From positions 749 through 64,748 of the forward strand of contig JAZLGI010000003.1 in the NCBI GenBank assembly GCA_045616225.1: DNA of 64,000 nucleotides. The letters run 5' to 3'. The translations under genes and the position numbers were made by a program. Origin of the DNA: Sphaerochaetaceae bacterium (GTDB lineage Bacteria; Spirochaetota; Spirochaetia; Sphaerochaetales; Sphaerochaetaceae). The notes beneath the pieces were generated by a model. The model was not told the origin of the DNA. It saw nothing but the letters and a program-made list of their open reading frames with translations, and did no database searches. Positions 7,963 to 17,400 of the stretch are shown piece by piece (position 1 is the stretch's first letter; every line of letters starts with the position of its first letter).

Positions 7963-9569
7963 CTTATTTCGTGTCCTTTGAATCCTATTATCAGATCGTT
8001 TGAAAAATCTGTTTCTTTGACCTGCTGAACAACAGGCTGCTCAACGGGACGCTCAACAGACTGCTCAACAGGTTGTTGTGCAGGTTGTTGTACAGGTTGA
8101 ACCGCTTCTTGACGAGGTTTTTCTGTATATGAAAGAGAGACATTTACATCTCCTGCAACTTCCTGAATTCCTCTTTTAAGATTTGTATAGTCTCTTAAAG
8201 CAGATTCATAGTAAAACTTGCTTTCAAACTCAAGTTTTATAGATTTTTCTTCCTTAACTATTTTACATACACCATTTGGAAGAACTTCCTTAAGTTTTTC
8301 TTCTGAGTATTCTTGAGTTTCCTTGACCGGCATTGCAGGGGTAGGCGTTGCTGCAAGCACAGGTGCTGTTGCAGGTGCAACTGTTTCCATTTTACTAAGT
8401 TCCGGGTTAAGCGGTGTAACAGTACCTGAAACAAGGTCATTCTTTAGTCTTGCTATCTGTTCTATTACTGTAGCATTTGATGCCAGATATCTGAGCTTTG
8501 AAAGCTTACTTACCGCAAGCTCAAGTTCAAAAGAAGGATTAAGGGAGTATCTTATATCTCTATATAGGGCAAGGAACATATCCAAAGCCGCTTCCAGTTG
8601 CTCAGAATTAAAGGCATTCAGAATACTTGCAGGAAACGAAGTAATCTGTTGTCCCAGAATATTCTCATTTCTGACACCGTTGTTTATAAGAAGAAGGTTC
8701 CTGAAATAATCTGTAAAGTCCTTGATAATCTGTTCTACACTAACTCCTTTTTCAAGCAGTTCATGAAGCTTGTCCATTGCAGCAGAAGTATCTTTCTCCA
8801 GTAAATTGCTTATTATTCCGTTAATTCTGTCTATCCCAACTAATCCCAGCTTTTCACGTATTTTGGCAAGAGTAATCTTATCATTGGAAAAAGCTACAAC
8901 CTGATCAAAAAGAGTATAAGCATCTCTCATTGAACCTGTTGCTTCCTTTGCAATCCAAAAAAGAGCCTCATCTTCTGCTTCAATTCCCATTTCCCCAGCT
9001 GCTTCTGAAAGAAGTCTCTTTATAGTATCTATTGGAATAAGCTGAAAATTAAACTGTTGACATCTACTTCTTATAGTTGCAGGAACTTTTTGAGTCTCTG
9101 TAGTGGCAAATATAAAAATTACATACTCAGGCGGTTCTTCAATTGTCTTCAAAAGAGCATTGAATGCACTCTGAGAAAGCATATGTACTTCGTCTATGAT
9201 GTAAATCTTATATCTTGAAGATGTAGGAGGGAACAAAACTTCTTCCTTGATTACTCTTACATCATTTACACCGGTATTACTGGCTCCGTCAATTTCTATA
9301 ACATCAAGGTTGTTGCCCTTGGCAATTCCCCTGCAGTTTTCACATTCACCGCAAGGTTCTGCTGTTGGTCCATGTTGACAATTCAAAGCTTTTGCCAACA
9401 ATCTTGCACTGGTTGTCTTGCCAACACCTCTTGGACCGCTGAATAGATATGCATGGGCAATTCTTCCGCTCTCAATAGCATTCTTAAGTGTTGAAACTAC
9501 AAATTCCTGACCTGCAAGTGATTCAAACTGCTGAGGTCTTCTTCTTGTTGCGGTAACTTCAAAGCTCAT
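7959..9569 (-). CDS. dnaX: DNA polymerase III subunit gamma/tau
   Basis: 536 aa. It shows Walker A GPRGVGKTT, the zinc module CGECENC, DEVHML, and SRC. The C-terminal tail is Q/P/V-rich and repetitive. Confidence 0.95.
   Translation of the reverse strand: MSFEVTATRRRPQQFESLAGQEFVVSTLKNAIESGRIAHAYLFSGPRGVGKTTSARLLAKALNCQHGPTAEPCGECENCRGIAKGNNLDVIEIDGASNTGVNDVRVIKEEVLFPPTSSRYKIYIIDEVHMLSQSAFNALLKTIEEPPEYVIFIFATTETQKVPATIRSRCQQFNFQLIPIDTIKRLLSEAAGEMGIEAEDEALFWIAKEATGSMRDAYTLFDQVVAFSNDKITLAKIREKLGLVGIDRINGIISNLLEKDTSAAMDKLHELLEKGVSVEQIIKDFTDYFRNLLLINNGVRNENILGQQITSFPASILNAFNSEQLEAALDMFLALYRDIRYSLNPSFELELAVSKLSKLRYLASNATVIEQIARLKNDLVSGTVTPLNPELSKMETVAPATAPVLAATPTPAMPVKETQEYSEEKLKEVLPNGVCKIVKEEKSIKLEFESKFYYESALRDYTNLKRGIQEVAGDVNVSLSYTEKPRQEAVQPVQQPAQQPVEQSVERPVEQPVVQQVKETDFSNDLIIGFKGHEIR
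8021..8103. repeat. degenerate 12-15 nt tandem repeats inside the dnaX 3' end
   Basis: Reiterated CTGCTCAAC(A/G)GG... and CAGGTTGTTGT units encode QPVQQPAQQPVEQSVERPVEQPVVQQ on the minus strand. Confidence 0.6.
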
Positions 9570-10330
9570 TTGATATTTCTTTCCTTACAAATAATTTCAT
9601 ATGCTTCCTGAATTTCTCTGAACCTCTTTGTTGCATATTCTTTAAATTCGTCTGCCAATCCTTTTGAAGCAATTGTATCAGGATGGAAATCAAGGATAAG
9701 CTTTCTGTAAGCCTTTTTGATTTCTTCATCAGTCGCATTCTCTTTTAATCCAAGAACTGCGTATGTTTTATTTGACTGAGAAAAACCGTATTTTCTTCTG
9801 ATACTGTCTACAATAGAATCTGATAATCTGAATGTTCTTGAAGCATAGTCTATCATTTCCTGCTCTTGCCGAGACATTTTTCCGTCAGACATGGCAATTC
9901 TGTAAAAAATATCCAACATTAACTGAAGAATCTGCTGAGAATTGGCAAATTGTTGGTAGAAGCTATTTGCAAGACTTTCAAAAGTCACATTTTGATTGAG
10001 TGCATCATTGAAAATTCCTGTTGCATAGCTATAGCTTCGATTATCTAACTTGAGATCATAAATCATGAATTCATTAACTTTTCTCTTTGCAGATTCACTC
10101 ACAGTTCCGTCTGCTTTAGCCAGTTTTGCCAGCATTGAGAAAGCTCCTACAAAGAAAGCTCTGTCAGAACCTATATAACCCGGATTTGAAGTTCTTGAGT
10201 ACTTGTTTGAAAAATCTGACGAGCTGTGAGCATGACCATTGTTCAAGGATCTGAAAAGAGTCCTTGCAAGGAAAAGCAGGAGAAGAAATCCAAAAAAACC
10301 TCCGCCACCAGGCCCAAAATAAAAGAACAT
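9566..10330 (-). CDS. DjlA-like co-chaperone (N-terminal membrane anchor, TerB-like domain, C-terminal J domain)
   Basis: 254 aa. The N-terminus is a Gly/Phe-rich hydrophobic anchor and the central region is TerB-like (LAKADGTVSESAKRKV...MSDGKMSRQEQEMI). The C-terminal J domain reads YAVLGLKENATDEEIKKAYRKLILDFHPD. Confidence 0.75.
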   Translation of the reverse strand: MFFYFGPGGGGFFGFLLLLFLARTLFRSLNNGHAHSSSDFSNKYSRTSNPGYIGSDRAFFVGAFSMLAKLAKADGTVSESAKRKVNEFMIYDLKLDNRSYSYATGIFNDALNQNVTFESLANSFYQQFANSQQILQLMLDIFYRIAMSDGKMSRQEQEMIDYASRTFRLSDSIVDSIRRKYGFSQSNKTYAVLGLKENATDEEIKKAYRKLILDFHPDTIASKGLADEFKEYATKRFREIQEAYEIICKERNIK

Positions 10331-10331
10331 A

Positions 10332-11756
10332 TTAAAGTTTGTCTATAAGCATTGAACACTTACCGCTTGGAATAGGCAGTGTTTTCTTCTTATTTTCATC
10401 AATAAGCTCAATTGTGAAGTAGTATAGTTTTTCACTCTCAAGTCTTATTTCCCAACCACGAACGTTTTTATTGCTCAAGATAGTTATGAAATTTCTCTTT
10501 AAAGATAATTGTTCTATTCCCATTGCTTCCAAGGTAGGAACAGTCCAATCTACCGTTTTTCTAGGAAGAGAAACGTTAAGACCAACAATGTTTTCTATCA
10601 TTAAAGTAATTGTCAAAAGACCAACTTGAGGCAAGAATTTCTTTGCAGGGAAAATTCCGTCATTATCTGAGGCAGGAGTACCTTCTTTGTTTGGCAAATA
10701 TGCCTCCCAAACATCTCCCTGATGTTCATCTCCCGGATTAAGAGTATCAAGAACAAAATACATGTTTCTTATTGCACATTCTCTTGCAAAAACAAATTCT
10801 CCGTATTTTTCAAGTCCTTTTACAACCATGTAAAGGTTAGAAGGAATTACTGCTCCGCAATAGCCCTTTACATTTTCATCAAAACAAGGAGATGAAACAC
10901 TCACACTAGGGAACGGGTTATCTGTCCCGAACTCTTCAGGATTTTTGAGAAGATCAATCATATGAGATGCTTTCTCGTCATTAGGAATCTCTGCAAGCAT
11001 TGTCCAATAAGCACCAATGTACTTAAGTGGAAGTTTGTTTTCATCCTTATCCAAATCATAGTAGAAATTCGTTTCAGGATCCCACATTAAATTATTTATC
11101 CTCGTCTTTAGGGAGAAATAAAGTCTTTTGTACCTGAAACTGAGCTCTTTATCGTTAAGAATGTCTCCAATGTTTGCAAGATAAAGTGCATTAAGTGCAA
11201 TAACAGAGTTAAAGTCCAAAGGATAAGCAACATTTTCCCTTGGAATATTGCCAGTAAGACATGCGGAAACAGGAACAGAGAACAAACCGTTTTCTTTAAG
11301 GAAATTTGCTTTAAGCCAATCAAAATATTTTTCCATGAAAGGAACAATGTCTTTAAGGCGTTTTTTATTTCCTATTTTGTGATAAAAATTAAACTCGATA
11401 TAGGCAAATAAAGGCAAAGTTAAACCAAACTCATTGTTTTCAGAAAAAACAGGCTTGCCGTCTTCTAAACTGTAATCAGATCTTATTGCTCCATCTTCCT
11501 CCTGTTTGGAGTAAAAATAATCAAGCATTTCAAACGGTGAGTATATCTGATTGCTGTAGTTCAGAAAAAGTGAAGACAGACTGCAATTAAACAAATTAAT
11601 TGTTTTCTGATTATTGTAGGAAACATAGTTCCCGACAAAACCGTTTTCTTCTGTCCCTGCTTTCCAGTATTCATTAATCCAAACCCAAGTTCTGTCGTAT
11701 AAATCTACAAAATCCTGATCGTAAAAATGAATGGAAGGAGTTTTTTCTTTTGCCAA
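10332..11756 (-). CDS. cytoplasmic (alpha/alpha)6-barrel glycoside hydrolase, GH63/trehalase/GDE-like
   Basis: 474 aa with no signal peptide. Overall it resembles the MGH1/GH63-type six-hairpin glycosidases. The family assignment was not verified by any search. Confidence 0.5.
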   Translation of the reverse strand: MAKEKTPSIHFYDQDFVDLYDRTWVWINEYWKAGTEENGFVGNYVSYNNQKTINLFNCSLSSLFLNYSNQIYSPFEMLDYFYSKQEEDGAIRSDYSLEDGKPVFSENNEFGLTLPLFAYIEFNFYHKIGNKKRLKDIVPFMEKYFDWLKANFLKENGLFSVPVSACLTGNIPRENVAYPLDFNSVIALNALYLANIGDILNDKELSFRYKRLYFSLKTRINNLMWDPETNFYYDLDKDENKLPLKYIGAYWTMLAEIPNDEKASHMIDLLKNPEEFGTDNPFPSVSVSSPCFDENVKGYCGAVIPSNLYMVVKGLEKYGEFVFARECAIRNMYFVLDTLNPGDEHQGDVWEAYLPNKEGTPASDNDGIFPAKKFLPQVGLLTITLMIENIVGLNVSLPRKTVDWTVPTLEAMGIEQLSLKRNFITILSNKNVRGWEIRLESEKLYYFTIELIDENKKKTLPIPSGKCSMLIDKL

Positions 11757-11887
11757 AATAATGCCTCTATCAAAAAAATAAACCCAATATCAACATCCGA
11801 AATTGGGTTACTATATACCATAGCACCAAATCTTGCACCCGTCAATAAACTTGATAACTTTAATATTATAAATATAATTACTTTGGT

Positions 11888-13738
11888 ATGGACAAAAGAT
11901 TTCTTCCGGTAAACAGAAAAGATATGGATTCTCTGGGTTGGCAAAATGCAGATATTCTCTTTCTTTCTGCAGATGCCTATGTAGACCATCCGTCTTTTGC
12001 AGGAGCACTCCTTTGCAGACTCCTGACGAGTAAAGGATACAAAGTGTGCATTGTTCCGCAACCGGACTGGAACAATCCTGATTATCTTGTTTCTCTGGGA
12101 CGGCCTAATCTCTGTTGTATGATAAGCGGAGGCAACTTAGATTCCATGGTTGCACATTATACAAGCACCAGAAAAAAAAGAAGTGATGACAAATACTCTC
12201 CTGGCGGAAAAGCAGGATTAAGACCTGACAGACCTGTAATAGCCTACACAAACCTTGTGAGAAGGGCTTTCAAAGATATGCCTGTAATCATAGGCGGTCT
12301 TGAAGCTTCTTTGAGAAGACTGGCACATTATGATTATTGGCAGGATATTGTCAAAAAATCTATTTTGTTGGATTCCAAAGCAGACTTGCTTGTATTTGGA
12401 ATGGGAGAAAAACAAACTCTGGAAATTGCTTCAAGATTAAAAAAAGGAGAACAAATAAGCACTTTCCATGACATCAAGGGAACCTGTTACTGCGTAAACG
12501 AAAAAAACAAAGATTCTCTTGGTCCATTTAAAACAATTGAACTTCCAAGTTTTGAAGCTGTTTCAGAAAGAGATAAAGTAACCAACACTCCAACTCAGAA
12601 TGGAAAACTTGCATTTGCAACGGCTTTTAACATAGCAATGCAACATGAAAATCCTTTTGATTCCTGTTGTCTTGTTCAGCCTTGCAATGGAAGAATAGTG
12701 GTTCAAAATCCTCCGGCAGAACCTTTATCTCAAAAAGAATTTGATGAACTATATGAACTGCCTTATTCAAGAACATGGCATCCTATGTATGACAAGGATA
12801 ACGGTGTTCCTGCATTAGCTGAAGTTCAGTTTTCCATAACCTCTTCAAGAGGTTGTTTTGGCTCCTGTTCTTTCTGTGCCATAACCAATCATCAGGGACG
12901 TATCATCCAAACAAGAAGTATTCAATCATTGGTTAAGGAAGCCACCGTTTTAACTCATCATCCGGACTTCAAAGGTTACATAAATGACCTAGGCGGACCA
13001 ACGGCAAATTTCCAGTGTCCTTCATGTGAAAAACAAACAACAAAAGGACCTTGTTCAAACAGAGAATGTCTCTTTCCAAAACCTTGTCCAAATGTAAAAG
13101 ATTCTCATGAAATTTACTTGGAAAAACTGCGTGCAGTAGCATCTGTTCCGGGTGTGAAAAAAGTGTTCATAAGAAGTGGAATACGCTTTGACTATCTTAT
13201 GCTTTGCACTCCTGAAAAAACAAGAGAAAAATTCATAAAGGAACTGGTGGCAAATCACGTAAGCGGTCAACTGAAAATAGCTCCTGAACATGTATCTGAA
13301 GAAGTCCTGTCTTGCATGGGGAAAAGCCCTGTGAACGTGTATGATTCTTTCAAAAAATCTTTCTTTGAAGAAAACAGAAAACAAGGCAAGAGACAGTACC
13401 TTATTCCTTACTTTATTGCAGCCCATCCGGGGGCAACTTTGGACAGTGCTGTTGAGCTTGCACTTTACATGAAAAAAGAGGGTTTTGTCCCGGATCAAGT
13501 CCAGGAATTTTATCCTACTCCTGCAACGGTTTCCACCTGTATGTATTACACCGGATTGGACCCGCGACCTGGTAAAAACCTGGTAAAAGTGTATGTTCCA
13601 AAGGGAAGAGACGCAAATCTTCAGAGGGCATTGCTCCAGTTTAACAAACCGCAAAATAAAGCTATGGTAATTGAAGCACTTAAAAAAGCAAAAAAGCCTG
13701 GTTTAATCCAGGTTTTAACCGGGAAAATTGAAAAATGA
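11888..13738 (+). CDS. ygiQ: YgiQ-family (UPF0313) radical SAM protein
   Basis: 616 aa. The characteristic N-terminal domain is present (FLPVNRKDMDSLGWQNADILFLSADAYVDHPSF). The radical SAM cluster motif is CFGSCSFC. Confidence 0.85.
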   Translation: MDKRFLPVNRKDMDSLGWQNADILFLSADAYVDHPSFAGALLCRLLTSKGYKVCIVPQPDWNNPDYLVSLGRPNLCCMISGGNLDSMVAHYTSTRKKRSDDKYSPGGKAGLRPDRPVIAYTNLVRRAFKDMPVIIGGLEASLRRLAHYDYWQDIVKKSILLDSKADLLVFGMGEKQTLEIASRLKKGEQISTFHDIKGTCYCVNEKNKDSLGPFKTIELPSFEAVSERDKVTNTPTQNGKLAFATAFNIAMQHENPFDSCCLVQPCNGRIVVQNPPAEPLSQKEFDELYELPYSRTWHPMYDKDNGVPALAEVQFSITSSRGCFGSCSFCAITNHQGRIIQTRSIQSLVKEATVLTHHPDFKGYINDLGGPTANFQCPSCEKQTTKGPCSNRECLFPKPCPNVKDSHEIYLEKLRAVASVPGVKKVFIRSGIRFDYLMLCTPEKTREKFIKELVANHVSGQLKIAPEHVSEEVLSCMGKSPVNVYDSFKKSFFEENRKQGKRQYLIPYFIAAHPGATLDSAVELALYMKKEGFVPDQVQEFYPTPATVSTCMYYTGLDPRPGKNLVKVYVPKGRDANLQRALLQFNKPQNKAMVIEALKKAKKPGLIQVLTGKIEK

Positions 13739-15075
13739 CAATATCAGAAGATAAGAAAAAATTCGGCAAATTATTGCTTGTTTCGGCTTTGCCTGTAACT
13801 CTACAGAACTTGTTACAGAACTCCCTCTCTTTCATTGATACGTTAATGATAGGTCAACTTGGAGAAGTTGAAATTGCTGCCGTGGGATTAACAAACCAGA
13901 TGTACTTTCTCATTAGTGTAATCATGTTTGGAATCTCAAGCGGAGCCTCTATTTTTACAAGCCAATACTGGGGTTCAAAAGATGAAAAAAGATTGCTTCA
14001 AACCTTTGGAGTTGCCGTCACTTTGGGTGTACTTTTTTCCTCTGTTTTTTCTGTTTTATCAATCTTTTTTCCTCATCTTCTCATGAAGATTTTCATTGAC
14101 GAAAAGACTGTAGTCAATGCAGGTTGTACTTACCTTAAATGGGTTGGAATCAGCTACATTTTCACCGCCATTTCTATGATAATTAGCATTACTTTGAGAA
14201 GCACCGGAGACATGAAAAATCCTATGCGTGCAACGTTCATTTCAATGGTGTGCAATGTCATAGGAAATTACCTTCTCATCTTTACCGCAAAACTTGGTAT
14301 TATGGGTGCTGCCATAGCCACAACATTATCCCGTTTGATAGAACTGTGTGCTTTGATTTTTCTCTTAGGAAAAAGCCAAATCAATTTTAATTTGAGGACT
14401 TGTTTTTCATACGATTTTTCATTTGTCAAAAGAATCCTCAAGACAGCTTTTCCTGTCATTCTTGATGATTCATTATGGGCTATTGGAATGACTGTCTACA
14501 AAGCCGTTTATTCCAGAATGGGAATTAGTGTTCTGGCTGCATCAAATGTTACAGAAGCAGTTCAGGATATTATCTTTGTAGTTCAGATTGGAATGGGTGC
14601 AGCCATCTCTGTTTTGATTGGAAATGAAATAGGAAAAGGCAATGAAGAACAGGCAAATAAAATGGCAAGATGGAGTATCTTCTGGGTTCTTCCGGTAAGC
14701 CTTGCTTGTGTTATTATCATGGCCTTGATTGCTCCTTTCATTCCGTATTTGTTTAACATAGATTCTTCCGTAAAGACCATTACTACTCTTGCCCTTTTTG
14801 CTATGTCTGCAACCTTACCTGTTAAATTTATGAATCACATTCTTATTACCGGTGTCTTAAGAAGCGGTGGAGATACCAAGTTTCTTTTGTTTACGGAAAT
14901 GTTCAGTATTTGGTGCATTGGAGTTCCAATGGCTTATTTGTCAGGCATTGTTCTTGCCTTGCCTCTTTGGGCAGTTTATCTGTTTGTTGCTTTGGAAGAA
15001 GTGTCAAAAGTTTTCATTTTGACCCCTAGAACGCTTAAAGGAAAATGGATAACAAACTTCACAGTAACAAGATAG
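13735..15075 (+). CDS. MATE-family multidrug/toxin efflux transporter
   Basis: 446 aa with about 12 hydrophobic segments. The MatE N-terminal signature is LPVTLQNLLQNSLSFIDTLMIGQLG. Its start overlaps ygiQ as ATGA. Confidence 0.85.
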   Translation: MTISEDKKKFGKLLLVSALPVTLQNLLQNSLSFIDTLMIGQLGEVEIAAVGLTNQMYFLISVIMFGISSGASIFTSQYWGSKDEKRLLQTFGVAVTLGVLFSSVFSVLSIFFPHLLMKIFIDEKTVVNAGCTYLKWVGISYIFTAISMIISITLRSTGDMKNPMRATFISMVCNVIGNYLLIFTAKLGIMGAAIATTLSRLIELCALIFLLGKSQINFNLRTCFSYDFSFVKRILKTAFPVILDDSLWAIGMTVYKAVYSRMGISVLAASNVTEAVQDIIFVVQIGMGAAISVLIGNEIGKGNEEQANKMARWSIFWVLPVSLACVIIMALIAPFIPYLFNIDSSVKTITTLALFAMSATLPVKFMNHILITGVLRSGGDTKFLLFTEMFSIWCIGVPMAYLSGIVLALPLWAVYLFVALEEVSKVFILTPRTLKGKWITNFTVTR

Positions 15076-15122
15076 TGATTTTTTTTATAATATATTTTAT
15101 GATTCAGGAAGGAGCTCCAAAA

Positions 15123-15866
15123 ATGAAAAAAACCATAGTGCTTTTTGTTATTTTCTTTTTAGTATGTCCTGTTATCTTTGCAGCCCAGTTTTTAGGTGCA
15201 GATCAGAGCCTTAATATCAACGGAGCATTTACTTTCATGCTCCTCAGCAACCAACTTCCAAAAACTGCAGAACAAAAGAGAGATAATCAAAGTTTTTCTG
15301 TTTATGAAGCAAACGCAATAGGTTTTAAAGTAGAAGCTCAATACGATAAAAAAGATTTTCCGGTAGATTTGTATCTCAACGGAACATTCACATTTCCCAA
15401 TAAGTATAAATTAGCTTCAAATTCAGTTAACAAATTTAATTTAGAAGCAGCAAATGCCTTATTTGATGATGCCAGAACTTATTGGACAATGACAAAAATT
15501 GCCTTTGGAGCTCTTTATGATTTAAATTTTGGTTTTGATAATGAAAAACTTCCTCTCTATTTCAAAGTGGGTGGAGGTATTAATTACAGTTATCTGCTCA
15601 CCAAAAATACTTGTACTAAAAATTCAATCAAATTTTCAGATGTTCAGAATTATGAAAGTATTGGCGTAGAAATAAAAACAGATGTTAAATACTTCATAGG
15701 AAGCAATATGTATGCGCAATTTGGATTAGATGCAGGATATTCATTCCTTGGTTTTTATTCCGATATGGTGAGATTGGGAGATGACTACCACGGAACAAAA
15801 GTTCCTATTCAATTTGCTTCCGGTTTTAACATGACAGCAAACTTAGGCTTATCTTATTCATTCTGA
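15123..15866 (+). CDS. putative small outer-membrane beta-barrel protein
   Basis: I prefer the internal ATG at 15123, which has GGAAGGAG upstream, over the track start at 15045 that overlaps the MATE gene. The signal peptide is MKKTIVLFVIFFLVCPVIFA|AQ. Beta-strand periodicity is visible and the protein ends in an aromatic residue (LGLSYSF). Confidence 0.6.
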   Translation: MKKTIVLFVIFFLVCPVIFAAQFLGADQSLNINGAFTFMLLSNQLPKTAEQKRDNQSFSVYEANAIGFKVEAQYDKKDFPVDLYLNGTFTFPNKYKLASNSVNKFNLEAANALFDDARTYWTMTKIAFGALYDLNFGFDNEKLPLYFKVGGGINYSYLLTKNTCTKNSIKFSDVQNYESIGVEIKTDVKYFIGSNMYAQFGLDAGYSFLGFYSDMVRLGDDYHGTKVPIQFASGFNMTANLGLSYSF

Positions 15867-15871
15867 ATAAA

Positions 15872-15913
15872 AAAGGCTGCAACCCAGTCAATATGACTTT
15901 TGTTACAGCCTTT
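15872..15913 (-). terminator. nested-hairpin terminator module (copy 1), downstream of pepD
   Basis: The plus strand reads AAAGGCTGCAAC-CC-AGTCA-ATA-TGACT-TTT-GTTACAGCCTTT. Read on the minus strand the C/A mismatch becomes a G-U pair and a T-run follows. It is homologous to the element at 62723-62776. Confidence 0.65.
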
Positions 15914-15930
15914 GTAATTGTTTCTTTTTT

Positions 15931-17376
15931 TTATTTGATTATCTCAAGCAAATGTTTCACGAATTCATAAAGACGCTTTGTTGAACTTATAGAAAGCTTT
16001 TCATTGACAGAATGAACGTCAAACAAATCCGGTCCAATGGAAACACTGTCCATGCCTTCTATCTTGCTGTTTATAACACCACATTCAAGACCTGCATGAA
16101 TTGCAGTAACTACAGGATCTTTACCCATTTTGTCTTTCCAGGCTTTTGCACAGAATGCAGCAAGTTCTGAATCTGGATTTGGGGTCCAAGATGGGTATCC
16201 GTCACCTATTTGAGTTTCAAAGTCATAGCAGTCAAAGATATTCTTTATTGTATTCACAAGATAAAACTTTGCACTTTCCACAGAACTTCTGACACTAACT
16301 TCTACATGGAAGCTTTCCTCATTTAACTTGGCAATTGCCAGGTTGTCTGAAGTTTCCACAATTCCTTCCAATGACTTTGAAATAGAATGAACTCCGTGAG
16401 GAACTGTGAACAGTGAATTAATAATTTCCAGGGAATCTCCAGGTAATACACCGTATTTTACATCTGACAACTCAGGCATACACTTTGAGCAGTGATGTTC
16501 TTCCGTAAAACCGGAATCCTGAATTGCGTATTCTTTTTTAATATCCTCAAAAACAGAAAGAACTTGTTTCATTATTTCTTTTTTATGCTTTGCAGAAAAA
16601 GAAACGATACAACTTGCGGTTGAAGGAATGACATTTCTTCTTGTTCCACCTTCAAAGCTACAAAGCATAAACGGGTGTCCTGCATAATCAATGGCTTTAA
16701 GCATTCTTGCCAAAGCTTTAACAGCATTAAGACGCTGATGATGAATCTCTCCGCCACTGTGTCCGCCTTTTAAACCGGAAACCGTAATTCTGACCTTTTC
16801 CCAATCTGAAGGAATCTCATCAAAAGAAACAGCATGATTTGCAACAAGATCTATACCTCCTGCACATCCTACGTAAATAACACCTTCTTCTTCACTGTCC
16901 AAGTTAATCATTTTCCTACTTTTGATTAAGCTTTCATCCAATGCATAGGCGCCATCCATTCCTGTTTCTTCTTTATAAGTAAAAATAGCTTCAAGTTTTC
17001 CGTGCTTTGCATTTGGGTCTGTAAAAACAGACATTATCATAGCTACTGCTATTCCATTATCTCCGCCAAGACTGGTATCCTTTGCTTTTAGCCAATCCCC
17101 GTCCTCATACACTTCTATAGGGTCTTTTGTAAAATCATGTTTGCTGTCAGGAGTTCTGACACACACCATATCCATATGTCCCTGAAGAGCCACTACCGGT
17201 ACATTTTCAAAGCCCGGGGTAGCATCCTTATAAACAATGATGTTACCGGTTTTGTCCTGTTTTGCCTCCAAAGAGTTATCTTTAGCCCAAGACAAGATGT
17301 ATTCTCTCATTCCGTCTTCATTTCCGCTTTCACGTGGAATGTTGCAAATCTGCTTAAAGTAATCAAATGTATCCAT
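15931..17376 (-). CDS. pepD: aminoacyl-histidine dipeptidase (Xaa-His dipeptidase, M20C)
   Basis: 481 aa. The N-terminus is typical of PepD (FDYFKQICNIPRESGNEDGMREYI). Metal-ligand blocks LQGHMDMV and GGDNGIAVA are present. Confidence 0.9.
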   Translation of the reverse strand: MDTFDYFKQICNIPRESGNEDGMREYILSWAKDNSLEAKQDKTGNIIVYKDATPGFENVPVVALQGHMDMVCVRTPDSKHDFTKDPIEVYEDGDWLKAKDTSLGGDNGIAVAMIMSVFTDPNAKHGKLEAIFTYKEETGMDGAYALDESLIKSRKMINLDSEEEGVIYVGCAGGIDLVANHAVSFDEIPSDWEKVRITVSGLKGGHSGGEIHHQRLNAVKALARMLKAIDYAGHPFMLCSFEGGTRRNVIPSTASCIVSFSAKHKKEIMKQVLSVFEDIKKEYAIQDSGFTEEHHCSKCMPELSDVKYGVLPGDSLEIINSLFTVPHGVHSISKSLEGIVETSDNLAIAKLNEESFHVEVSVRSSVESAKFYLVNTIKNIFDCYDFETQIGDGYPSWTPNPDSELAAFCAKAWKDKMGKDPVVTAIHAGLECGVINSKIEGMDSVSIGPDLFDVHSVNEKLSISSTKRLYEFVKHLLEIIK

Positions 17377-17400
17377 AATTAAGACTCCTTTTTTACCTCA

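Noticed and set aside
7959-9569. A programmed -1 frameshift site in dnaX producing the gamma subunit.
   Set aside because: I found no A-AAA-AAG-type heptamer on the coding (minus) strand of the gene. The A-run at about 8948-8953 is on the non-coding strand.
13055-13654. A long (199 aa) antisense ORF inside ygiQ. Similar long shadow ORFs occur at 8323-8709, 18415-18921, 24889-25278, 26794-27279, 56009-56410, 59810-60244 and 61953-62441.
   Set aside because: All lie entirely within, and antisense to, genes with unmistakable conserved products. Their translations are compositionally odd (rich in F/R/C/S) with no recognisable motifs, no SD sequences and no independent flanking signals. They are typical shadow frames of strongly coding DNA.
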